From Antedon mediterranea (taxonomy: Eukaryota; Animalia; Echinodermata): a stretch of DNA of 64,000 nucleotides. Below, in pieces: positions 24,980 to 37,800 of the stretch. Position 1 is the stretch's first letter, and every line of letters begins with the position of its first letter. Where the stretch lies: assembly GCF_964355755.1 (NCBI RefSeq), contig NC_092677.1:4300101-4364100 (forward strand). The letters run 5' to 3'. The translations under genes were made by a program, and so were the position numbers. A model generated the notes under the pieces. That model ran no database searches, was not told where the DNA came from, and saw nothing but the letters and a program-made list of their open reading frames with translations.

Positions 24980-27553
24980 TTTCAAATAAATTACAAAGTA
25001 TAAAATTAAAGTAACGTCTTTTAAGAAGAATTTTTTTCTCTTTACAGATTGCACTGATGAGTTTAAATTCCAATGTGATAATAAGCAGTGTATTGACAAG
25101 ACTGACCTTTGTAACGATAAAGAAGACTGTTATGATTATAGCGATGAACGTTCATGTAGGTTATTTATAATCTGTTAGCCTGTGTGTCCTAGGACTGTGT
25201 TTAACATGTAAAGACAAAAAATGTTTGTTTCAGTGCTATATACTCTCAACATTATGCTTCATTTAATTTTAGGTAATTGCTCAAGAATTCTTTGTAATAA
25301 CAAGAAATGTGTTAACATTTACGCTGATTGTAACGGATTAGACGAATGCGGCGATGGCTCTGATGAAATGTTCTGTAATGAAACAAGTGAGTCCCTAAAC
25401 GGCCTAATCTAAGTCGGCTCTAAACCAACTCTCCCCGAGTAAATTAAACCCCAATCAGTCAACACCGTTCCCAATAAAGTTACTAACAACTATAAGTCTA
25501 TTCGGCAGTTGTGACAACGTGTTGATAAATGATGCAGATAAGATAGATTTAAGTTAATATGCCTATATTTGTTATTTTATGTAATTAGTATTGTTTTTTT
25601 ATATAGTAATTCATTATCAAGCACACGATCCTTCAAATTGGACAGATGACTGGTATTTCCAATACGCAGACAAATTAGACATAGGTTCTGATACATATGT
25701 GCTTGAGACAGCAGTAAAATTATTTAAGGAATACTTCAAAGATTGGGGATTTGAGCGAGTTTCAGGAGAGTTTCCACCAGACTGGATTAGATTCCTTGTC
25801 TTCAGTAGCACGGCAGACTATAGTGACCTACAGAATGTTCTAAAACTTACCCAAGAAGAATTATCGGAACTAGGACATCAGGCTCACCAGATGATTTTAC
25901 AGTGTACTTATGGTGGTACGAAGTGTGATATTGAAAAGTACGTGAAAATGGTTTGACAGTTTTATTAATGATAACACCTACAGTAGTTTTTGTTAATATA
26001 AAACAAATATAAACAAATCCTCAAATTATTTCTGTTTCTGTTTTTTATTTTCCATCTCTCAATTTAGAATATATAACATATCATTTAAATGGAAAGTATG
26101 ACCAAAATAGCAAAGCAACTACTGTAGATGTCTACAAAAAAAGTGGGAATAGACCGTCCTTACCTGCACACGTTTTTTTTTCATTCAGTTAGGTGTCACA
26201 AATGAATTTAAGCTTATTTGATTTCAGGGATTTTCACTTATTTCAACATGACAAATACGGTAACTGCTACACATTTAACAGTCATAAGAAGGAAAATGCG
26301 ACAAAACACGATGTATCACAACCAGGTGCCGAAAAAGGTAAGTTGGTAACCGATTGTAAGAATCCAAACGAAGATTTGAGAAAGAGCCGAAGTTTTTCAA
26401 AATACAAACTAACATAGCATTATATTCGATTCGTAGTTTGAATCTCTTTTCACCCATTTACTTTTTGGTAATAAAGGTTTAAAGCTAACGCTGTACACAG
26501 AACAACATGAATATGTTAGTATCTTCGGACAAGAGAGTGGCATCAAAGTGTCGGTGCATAATCAGTTTGAAACACCGTTTCCAGAAGAAAATGCCATTAC
26601 CGTCTCACCAGGCAGAGCTACGTCATTAGGCATAAACAAGGTAAACGTCAATGCAATCATTTTTCTTATCATTGAGAGATGTAATGCAATTGATGAAGAA
26701 GCTCTTTGACATGATTTACACTTGCTTTGCTTCGTTGGTTGCAAAGTAACTAGTTCCTTATGTCTTAGGTTTTTGAAAATCAATAGTTCCCTATATCACG
26801 ATCGTTATAATCGAAACGTGTATTTTGAAATGTATACAATGTTTTATTTGCAGCACGAACTGATTCGGAAAGGCCAGCCATATGGTAACTGCACAAGTGA
26901 AAATGCAACCGTGAAGAACTTGATTTACAAGGGAGACACAGTGTACACAGCTACTGTAAATAACAATGATGTCATTCATGTTTATTTTACTCCATGAATT
27001 GATTTAAAAATTGAAAGGTTTCCATGTATTGTCTGTTTGTACATTGCTCTGTATTCAAATTATTCCTAATCAGCAGATCCATGTTAAAAATATAAATATT
27101 ATCATCATTATCATATAATTGCTGTAATGGTAGGTCTACGTCATGATCAATTCTTTCCTATTTAGTATCTATTAACCCAATCATTATTTCATTTTTTATC
27201 TTCTATAGGCTTGCCAAAAATCGTGTTTACAACTAAAGTTACTAGAAGTTTGCGACTGTGTGGACACATTGCGTTATAATGGTTCCCAGCGTTGCCAACT
27301 ACTGGATCTTGAACAAGGCTAGTTTAACCAAATGAACATACAACATTAGCAAACATTGAAGCCACTGCTGGCGCGAAAAAAAAATTCTTTCTTCAATTCT
27401 TTTCGTAATTTTTATTCAGCCAAAATAAATATTTAACATGTAGGCTATACTACAAAAAGTGATTTTACTGATTAAGCGAAAACTCAAGGGACTATAATTC
27501 GCATATGTGGACAATGAAAATACGAATACACATGTACATAGGCTAAACCAGCC

Positions 27554-27642
27554 TAGCTTTACCTACAAGATCTATTCACTCATTTTAGAAGTACATTATT
27601 TGTACCTTTAAACTGAGTGAATAGATCTTGTGAGTAAAGCTA
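27554..27642. repeat. 89-bp near-perfect hairpin (TA-flanked MITE-like) in intron 13 of A copies
   Basis: tagctttacctacaagatctattcactca pairs with tgagtgaatagatcttgtgagtaaagcta. Copy at ~48473-48561. Confidence 0.75.
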
Positions 27643-29271
27643 AACATTTGTATAGACCTATATCATTGCAACATTATTTCTAAAAGCTCAACATATTCCA
27701 TTAGTACGCATCACAACATTAATATAAGGCGTACAACATACTAGATTCAATTTACCCGTAATTGCAGTGAAATATTATATTTCTAAAGCCTATACTTTTT
27801 TTTTACCAATTAGAACGTTGCCGCCAATTTGTGAATTTTCTTCATTCTCAATATTTAATCAAATGTGATTGTCCAGTTGCTTGTCGGTAAGTTAATGTAT
27901 CTTTCTAAAACTGAAACTAAATTCGCTTCTTGACTGGACTGGTAACATGTATGGTGAATTATTGTGTTAAGTTGTAACAAATTAAACAAAACCATTGTAT
28001 TGGTGGAAAGTCATGGACTATTATGTTGTGACGTCTTCTTGTAGCAAAAGAATAATTTCTATTTTTTTTTGTTTTTAGTGAAATTACATATGAAAAGACC
28101 GTATCACAATCACTTTGGCCTTCTGATAGATATGTGGTAAGTTTGCTGGTACGGTGAAGGAACTGAGAACTCGTGCCAAGGATTTAATAATATAAGATTA
28201 TAACATTATTACGAATGGACTATACCTAATAAACTGATTTCGAAATAAGTTACAATAACATTTTTAATCTTCCAGAAAACTTTGCTTGACAGTATTTACG
28301 TCCTTGAGCCAAGATACAGTGAACATTTATACGATCTCGAAACGGCACAGTAAGTAGCATGTTTAAAAAAGAGGCAATGTTTTCGCGCCAATAGAAAGCG
28401 TCAGCTTATACGCATGCGTAGAGACCGATTTTAAAGATGGAAACATGAATACGCATGACGCTTTCGATTCGTGTGAACAAATTCGCCTAATGGAAATCGG
28501 CTTTACACATTATTAACTGTAATGATCAGATTTGCCAGACGCCTTTTAAAATTAGAGATATTCAGTCTTCAATGTATAAATTGTATTTGTATAATAACTA
28601 TTTTTCTATAATTACTTTTGAAATGTGTGTAAACAGAAGAAATCTTGCTCGTCTGAACGTGTATTATGAGGATCTTTCGTACGTCTCCATATCCGAACTC
28701 CCTGCTTATACAGTAAGTATACACAGACACGTCTAGTTAGTATTACTTTCAAGGACCTTTTGGACGTCAATAATATCACAAAAAAATCGATCAAAAATTC
28801 CGAACCTTTAACTTCAATCATCCTATATGCCTATTCTGTGAAAAATCGTGATTGAGTGAGAAAATTGACCCGGTGATAAAATAATCCGATATTTCAACGT
28901 AATTTACTTTATAACCAATTTTTCTGAATTTCAGTGGCAAAGCCTCTTCGGTGACGTAGGAGGAACTCTAGGGCTGTATATTGGTCTTTCATTGCTAACT
29001 GTTGTCGAATTCTGCGAATTCTTCATTGATATTCTTCTTTATTGTTGTAACAAAATGATGAAGAGGAACAAAGTACAAAGTATACCGGGCATGTAGTTTA
29101 TAAGATGCAACCAGGGAAGAATTGTAATTTAACTCTTCCCTGATGCAACACAATTTCCCATTTTTGTGTATATATGGCCCAAGACTTAATTATATATTAT
29201 GACGAGTAAATTATAGTTTATACGCAACAAGCACGTTTTTGTTGTTAAGTCTAGGTAGATTTAGAGGTAGT

Positions 29272-29754
29272 AGGGAGGTTTCGCAACCTTACGAATACGA
29301 TAACGAAAACGGATACGTCATACATTTGTGAAACTTTTGAGCTGATCCCCATTTCATATTCGTAAAGCGTATTCGTGTTGACGAATATCACCAATCATAT
29401 TCGTAACTACAAAACGAGTATAATTTTTGATCTATTTTGCACAGTTTGCATTTGAATCAGGAATGATTCATGATTATAATATAATTATAGATTTATTGAA
29501 TGTAATTTACTAAAATGCCATGTCAATTTGATAAATAGCACTTTTTAAAGTCCTCACTCGCTTTGGTGTTACGCTAGGCCTAGGCAGCCGGCCAAGCACC
29601 TGCACTTCGCTCAAATTTACCGCAGTCATATTTTGGACGCGCCTCAATATTTCGTTGCCATGCGAAACAGATTTTTTATGGCTTACGAAAACGAATACGT
29701 GTGCGTGACGTATCGTATTTCGTTATCGTATTCGTAAGATTCCGAAACCTCTCT
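29272..29754. mobile_element. ~480-bp MITE downstream of A copies (duplicate ~50182-50687)
   Basis: TIR agggaggtttcgcaaccttacgaatacgataacgaaa / tttcgttatcgtattcgtaagattccgaaacctctct. Confidence 0.75.
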
Positions 29755-32013
29755 AATGGCATCATATGTCCTGGTAAATGATCGGTGTTGGACCTGTTGG
29801 TAACTATAAATAGAAGGTAGTCCATGTAGTATGTATAAACTAATTAAATGGAAACAGCCATAATTTTGTAAAACGGCGGCGTGTCGAGCAAAGCAAAGTA
29901 CTTTGATATTATATGATTGTAATTGATTGAGCTTGACAGTGATATGATTATTTAGAAAGATGCTATATACATAAATATTTTCCATTTCTTGGACTTGTAA
30001 ATCTAGTTATATGTCTATTCAAAATATAAACCACAAATAAATAAACTAATAAATAAATAATGCATGTTTTGAAAGGTTTTAAAATAATGCACAGTTGGAT
30101 TTACATTTTAACCAGCTTACTGTTAGTGTGTGGTTATTTATTAGCTATGATTAATAGAATAAATAAAGATTGTAGCACAATATTCATTTACATAATTTAC
30201 TCATTATGAATCAAAAAGGAAAACCTTCATAAAATTATATTATTTCCCATGCGCGGATTGACAAAACAATTGAGTAAATAAATAGTAGGCGTGGTTTCCA
30301 CTATTACGCAAATGACGTAGGCCTACAACGCAAGTAATAACAACAACTCATGTGATCTCTCGCTTGCGTGTATATGCGTTGCGTCCTACTTTAGAAATCA
30401 TTTTGACTTAAATATCAACGACTAGGCACTGAGAAAAAAAATATAACAAGTATTCGAACATCGACATTTAAATTACCTTGCTGTAAATTGAAAACATTAT
30501 TACGTTAATTAAAACCAGAATCGTGTTTTCATTTAGGTATTGTATTGTGAATCACATAAAGAAAGTACATTTTTATAGTAATATAATAGTAATAAGAACA
30601 ATTACATATTGATAGCCAATATGCTTTACACTCTCAAATAGAAAAATCGATCGGATTTGGAATGAATATCGTCCTAAATAATGTTACAATAACCGAAAGA
30701 CGCTCATTCTATCACCAACTAACACTGCATTGTCGTCGTGAGTAAAAAATGTCGGACTTGTGATCAAGTTGAGATTTTGTATCAGTATTTGCATTTCCGC
30801 GCTCATATACGGAAGAAGTACCACAAACTGGCAAGCTACGCGGGAACGAATTTACTAACAAATATTTTCGTAATACGTACATCCACGCGCGCATAATTCA
30901 GAAACTTATCCGAGATCAAGATTGATGCAAGAATATTAGGAAACGATTCGATGTTGTCATTGAGAACATGGCTCAAGAAGAAGAGGAAACTGTACTTGGA
31001 ATAAGTCGAAATTTCGGAGAAAACACTTCTTCACATGGTATACCACGGATAGTAGCGTCAAAATCGTATTTTGGAAAGATCTTCTGGAGTTGTTTGTATG
31101 TTGCTTCTCTAGTGGCGTTCTCTTGGCAGGCCTATGTCCTCATCGATACATACTTCAAGTTTGAAGTTTCTATCAAAGTAAGTTAAGAATGTATCTATCA
31201 TTTAATTTTACAAAGAAAATTTAAGAAAACAAGCTTACTGATGGCTACACAAATCATTCCAATCAAAGAATGTTTATATTTTTATAACTAATTTAGAAAT
31301 CACATCCACACGGCCAATCGTAGACTTTTCGATGTTTGTCTGAAATAAAAGCTCAAGTAGTATACGTATGAAACGCCATATGTGCCAAAATATTAATCTT
31401 TTTACTAATAATTAAGTCAAAAGGCCTCGTTAAAAGTGATTAGGAATTAAATTGTAACTTTTGACTTACAGTATTTCCATTTTTGTTTAAACTAATATAG
31501 CAATTAAATTACCGAAAATTAGGCATAATGAAAATAATAATTATATTATAAAAAATTAATAAAACGAATATTTCTTGCTTTGCTTTTATTTATTTTTGTC
31601 AGTACGTCGTTGAAAACTCAGACGCCAGACCCTTGCAATTTCCCGCCGTTACCTTATGCAATACGAATCAAGTTCGCCGGTCTGTTTTGGCGTTACGTCA
31701 TGAGTATGAGATACTATCGTCCATTGAAGACTACACACATAGTTTGCTATATTATGGTAATAATGTTTTAGTTAATAATGTTGCGTCGTCAGAAGATTTC
31801 CCTGATATGTAGGCATACCGTAGTGCAAGATAAGGGGGTCGTAGTGGGAGAGATGAGAGAATTACAATGAATGCAATATACCGGTTTGTGACCATGCAAA
31901 GCTTATTTCGGCGTTTTTAAAATGATGGTCAAAAAGGTTTTTTATCTGCATTTATCTCTCCTTAAATAATATGGTCTGCACTAATTCTGTCCTCTAATTC
32001 TGCTTCTCTTTGA

Positions 32014-32292
32014 CTCTGTCCATTCTGTAGGCTACCTAGCCCTGTCTCTGTCCATTCTGTAGGCTACCTAGCCCTGTCTCTGTCCATTCTGTAGGCTACC
32101 TAGCCCTGTCTCTGTCCATTCTGTAGGCTACCTAGCCCTGTTTCTGTCCATTCTGTAGGCTACCTAGCCCTGTCTCTGTCCATTCTGTAGGCTACCTAGC
32201 CCTGTCTCTGTCCATTCTGTAGGCTACCTAGCCCTGTCTCTGTCCATTCTGTAGGCTACCTAGCCCTGTCTCTGTCCATTCTGTAGGCTACC
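32014..32292. repeat. 32-bp minisatellite (ctctgtccattctgtaggctacctagccctgt), ~8.7 copies; ~4.7 copies in the paralogous site 52997-53154
   Basis: Exact 32-nt period (32014, 32046, 32078...). No spacers. Confidence 0.95.
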
Positions 32293-35200
32293 TGAATGGT
32301 TCTTTTGCTTTCCTATCGTTCTTTTGACAGTTTATTCGGTATGTACAGATGTATTCAATAGATTTACAGCATTTTATATTATAAATGCTTCCGCAGCTCC
32401 ATGTAAGGATGATGATTTTCATTGCGACAACAATAAGTGTGTTAAAGACTACAGGGTGTGCAATGGTATTGATGATTGTGGTGATAAGTCAGATGAACAA
32501 GACTGTCTACCTGCTAGTAAGTATTGGAATTTTTATCCACCCGTAAAATGATGGAACACACGAGTATTATTGATAATTTAGTAATAATTATCACCACCGC
32601 CATTTTTGTCTTTCTGTAATGGCGCTAGTTACAATCCGTTATGCATGAGTAATTAATGAATGACGTAATGCATAAACGGGCAAAGGTAATTAAGTTTGTA
32701 AAATGATGGAACGCGTGGGTATTAGGCATATATTTAAAATTTAAAGTAATAATTATTACCAATCATTATTATTTTTATTTTGCATAAATATATTTTGGAT
32801 TGTTTTATATACAGTTCCGTGTCGATCTGGGTACAGGAGGTATTAAATGGGAGGAGAATCCGGTTATTGTATTAGCGAAGACAGATGGTGTGACAGAAAT
32901 ATAGATTGTTACGATGGAGAAGACGAAGAATGTTCAGCAGATGACAGTGAGTAGAATCGGACATACCAAAGCTATTTCAGTTTAAGGGAGAAAACAAAAA
33001 TTCAAACAGCAATACATATTATAATAAAAAACTATTTAAATAAGCAGCTGCTTGTCTGTTAAATTGCCATTTATAAGCATGGTTACCTATTGGGGAAAGT
33101 ATTAGGTCTATACGTATTGATATGTACTTACAATTGCGAACTAACCACTGAGAGTTCATTGATGATTCGGCCAGTTAAAAACAGGCTTATAATGTATATA
33201 TTTCAGTTAAGTGCAAGGAGGACGAATGTTCATGTAAAAGCGGGGTAGAGGCGTCTTTTGAAACTGAATTTGTTGAAAAATATGGGACTAAGTATTGCAT
33301 TAGTGCCAAGCTAAAATGTGATGGTATTAGACATTGTGCGAATGATGCTGACGAAGCAAATTGTCAAGGTGATGTAATTTGTGTATGTTCAAAATATCGG
33401 TATTTATTAATAGCGCTTGTATAAATGCACCGAAACCATAACCATACAATATAAACGCTCTACTTTACATTTTTGGTAGGCCTATTGATGTATAATTTAT
33501 GCATCCTCAACATAACCCAGGACCTCCTGGTATAGGAAAAATGGTTCTTGGGACAGGAGCTGTAAGTGGTAGGCCTAGATAAAATGTCACTACCAATCTA
33601 GTACAAATTGATACTCGTTGTTTTTGTAGCAGGACAATGTAATGAGAATGAATTTACATGTGGAAACATCATTTGCATCCCGAATGATTATAAGTGCGAC
33701 GGGTTTTGTGACTGCGCAGACTGCAGGGACGAGTCTTCAGACATAGTTTGTGTATTTACGTGCACGAATGGTAAACATATTCCAAAAGAGGAAACGTGCG
33801 ATTATAAAAACCAATGCGGTGATAACAGCGATGAAGAGGGTTGTACGAATTTTCAAAGTACAGTAATTTTACTTTTATTAAACATTTATTTACAGACTGA
33901 TACAAAATACATTAATGAATGAATCTATTGATTGATTCAAAGAATGACTGGTAGATCTTCATAGATCTACCACTATCACCGACACAATTCTAAGCAATAC
34001 ACACATTATCAATTATCCTATACATTTAATTTTTCCCTATATGTTGATCTTCAATTTCTTTTGAAAGTTTAAGTTAGCCTACTTAGGTAAAATTTGTTTT
34101 CAAATAAATGACATAAGTATAAATTAAAGTAACGGCTTTTAAGAAGTGTTATTTTTTTCTCCTTACAGGTTGCAATGAAGAGTTTGAATTTCAGTGTGAT
34201 AATAAGCAGTGTATTCACAAGGCTTACCTTTGTGACGATAAAATAGACTGTTATGATTATAGCGATGAACGTTCATGTAAGTTAAATTTTTTTTTAAATT
34301 TAGAATTTAAAAATCTTTTTGTGTCTTAAGACTTTGATAAACATGTAATGACAAATGTGTTTGTTTCATTGCTATTTACTCTCAGCATTATGCTTCATTT
34401 GATTTTAGGTAATTGCTCAAGATTTCTTTGTAATAACAAGAAATGTGTTAACATTTACGCTGATTGTAACGGATTAGACGAATGCGGAGATGGCTCTGAT
34501 GAAATGTTCTGTAATGATACAGGTTTGTGTAGTCTTTCTACACCAATTTGGTCAAACTCGGCCCTAAACCAACTCGGCTCTTATCAACTCGGCTCCAGGT
34601 CTCGGTCTCAAATTAACACTTCTCAAGCCAACTCGACCCCTTGTCAACTCGGCCCCCAAGTCAAATTGGCCACAAACTATTCTGTCTTAATGAAGTGATT
34701 GATTAAGATTTTGAAGCAAATAAAATTATTTTCGGCAGTTGTATCAAGGTATTGACAATTCGGCAAGTGATGTTAGATTTAAATTTATATATTTATATTA
34801 TTATATATGTATTAGGCCTATAACTTAAGTAATTTTTTTGTAGGAATTCATTATCAAACACACGATCCTTCAAACTGGACGGATGACTGGTTTTTGCAAT
34901 ACGTAGACAAATTAGACATAGGTTTTGATATAACTACAGCAGTAAAATTGTTTAAACAAAACTTTAAAAATTGGGGATTTGAGCGAGTTTCAGGAGAGTT
35001 TCCACCAGACTGGATTAAGTTCCTTGTCTTCAGTAGCACAGCAGACTATAGCGACCTACAGAATGTTCTAAAACTTACCCAAGAAGAATTATTGGAACTA
35101 GGACATCAGGCTCAGCAGATGATTTTACAGTGTACTTATGGTGGTACGAAATGTGATATTGAAAAGTACGTGATACTTATAAAAACACCCAGTTTTTGAC

Positions 35201-37473
35201 GAAACTGAAATATTTAAAAATAATTATAAAAAATAAATATAAACAAGTTTGTGTTTCAGTTTTATTTTTTTCATTTTTCATTTCTAAAATATTATGGAAA
35301 TGGAAATGATAACCAACAAATTCAAAGCCTGTACACAGTTTATCAAATTTAAATAGAAAACAATTTAAAAGACAATAAAATGTTCAAACATGACATTACA
35401 GTCAAAATCTGAAACAAAAAATGTTGGTGAAACTAGACTGTGGTTTACATATAAATAGATTAATTCCACAAAACACAAAGCAATATATTTGTTGTGACTA
35501 GTAGTGACAGGCCTGATCGCAAATGAATTCCTTATTTGATTTCAGGGATTTTCATCTATTTCAACATGACAAATACGGTAACTGCTATACATTTAATAGT
35601 CATAAGGTGGAAAATGCGATAGTTCACAATGTAACACAACCAGGTGCCGAAAAGGGTTAGTTGATTATCCGATTATAAGAATTGTTTCAAAGGATTTTAA
35701 AAAGATCCAAAGTGTATGTATAATTATAACGAACAAAACATTTAGATTCTATTCGTAATTTGAATATATTACGTGCGTTTATGTTGGGTATTTTGTGATC
35801 GATATCCTTCTTCATTCATTTTATTTAATACCTATTTACTGTTTGATGATAAAGGTTTATGGCTAACGCTGTACACAGAACAACATGAATATGTTAGTAT
35901 CTTCGGACAAGATAGTGGCATCAAAGTGTTGGTGCATAATCAATTTGAAACACCGTTTCCAGAAGAAAATGCCATCACCGTCTCACCAGGCAGAGCTACG
36001 TCATTAGGCATCAAAAGGGTAAACATCATCTTTCTCATCCGTGGCAGAATGTTTTTCTTCATACCATTTGGACAACATAGGACATACTACCTAAAATCGT
36101 GACTGAAAAACATGACTGTCAAGAAAAGAGCGAGGAAGCGAGCCCCAACGTCCCCGCATGCGCACAGTGAATTAAAACGACTTATGTAACCTTAGCTTCT
36201 AGATCTTCTGTAGCTCCTTATAATATTAAGATTGATACACCTTTTTTCAAATTACCTTCGAAGTTCTACAGAAAGTCAAACAATATTTTTGTTTACAGCA
36301 CGAACTGATTCGGAAAGGTCAGCCATATGGTAACTGTATAGGTGAAGATGCAAGAGTGAAGTACTTGATTTACAAGGGAGACACAGTGTACACAGCTACT
36401 GTAAATATAACTATATCATTCATGTTTATTCTAAAGCACACCTTTTGAACGCCATTAAATGATTTTAAAACTGGAAATTAACCATAACACGCGCTGCAGC
36501 ATTTACATCGTTTAGTTGTCTTGCCTGAACTCTACTGTTATAACAGGCCTAAGCAGCATATATCTTTGTTAAAAATAATATACTTATTTTTATAATTGCT
36601 GTAAATGGTAGGCATACGTCACAATTTGTATTAATATGTGTAGTCATCGTTATCACCATCTTCTTCATACAACACCAACATGATTACATCATTACCTTAA
36701 TTTTAATTGATTTTCTATAGGCTTGCCAAAAATCGTGTTTACAACTAAAGTTACTAGAAGTTTGCGACTGTGTGGACACATTGCGTTATAATGGTTCCCG
36801 GCGTTGCCAACTACTGGATCTTGAACAAGGCTAGTTTAAACAATAGTTAACACCTTAAAGCCTGTTTTCCACTAAGAGAGTATTCGTTTGAATCGAAAGT
36901 ACTCATTATTCAGATTCCAAATCACTTTATGCGACGAATTCTATAGTTCCTTGAGTTCATCGAACTGTTTGAACTAGAATCCGCAGTATTTGTAAGATGC
37001 AAATACACATGTGCATTAATAACAATAATACTTCATTCATAAACACTCATTCCGTTAGCCGAGGAGTAAGCACATTTTAGGCCTAATTGCTATTTTTCAA
37101 AATCTCAACATATTCCCTTATTACCTATTAAAACATTGATATACAATATGAATACTGGATCCAAACGCGCTATTTTCCTTTTTATTTGCAGTAAAATATT
37201 ATATTTTTAAGGTCTATACATTTTGTTTTACCAATAGAACGCTGCCGCCAATTTGTGAATTATCTTCATTCTCAATATGTGATGCAATGTGATTGCCCAG
37301 TTGCTTGTCGGTAAGTTAAACTCGCCTCTGGTGATAACACTATGTTGAATTGAATTATAGTTATCACAAATTAAACAATATCATTGTACTGAAACGTATG
37401 GCATATTATGTAGGTGAGGTCCTCTAATAATTCCTATTTTTGTTATTTTTAGTGGAATTACACATGAAAAGAC

Positions 37474-37800
37474 TGAATTGAATTGATATTTATATTTATA
37501 CTGGGTAACCTCTTCAGTCAAAGACTGGTCTCCCAGAGGGCCCAGTTGGTGATCAGTGGCTGTGATGTACTAATACACCGGGGTAACCCCCTACTCGTCT
37601 CGAAAGATGTACTAGGTTCTTTAAAGTGCACACGTGCTAGATGTGTACACTGGACCTAAGGTTTATAGTCCTTATCCGAGAAGACTCGTTCTACCACCAG
37701 AACCATGGAGCGAGTGAGCCTCGAACCCTTGCCGATGTTATGGCTACGTAATTACGGTTCCACTGTCTTAACCGCTCGGCCACTCACTCACTCGAGTGAC
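37474..37800 (-). mobile_element. tRNA-derived SINE inserted into exon 15 of channel copy B1
   Basis: Reverse complement of 7636-7956 with few differences. It interrupts gaaaagac|cgtatcacaatc, with gac on both sides. The empty site is present in B2 (~62245-62260). Confidence 0.92.

Larger units (their letters stand above)
21456..29096 (+). pseudogene. DEG/ENaC channel with 7 LDLa modules, copy A1; single in-frame TGA in exon 6
   Basis: Exons 21456-21662, 22217-22370, 22661-22780, 23256-23387, 23759-23920, 24204-24431, 25048-25155, 25273-25386, 25607-25937, 26228-26337, 26477-26640, 26854-26955, 27209-27317, 27814-27886, 28079-28136, 28276-28349, 28637-28712, 28935-29096. TGA at 24335-24337 where the other copies have TGC (Cys). 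No other lesion seen. Confidence 0.8.

Noticed and set aside
22661-25386. Separate LDL-receptor-like gene nested in a channel intron
   Set aside because: Same strand, no own start, signal peptide or stop, and phases join seamlessly to channel exons 2 and 9 in all copies.
32014-32292. 32-bp repeats of CRISPR-like length
   Set aside because: Head-to-tail with no unique spacers, no cas genes, and located in a eukaryotic intron.
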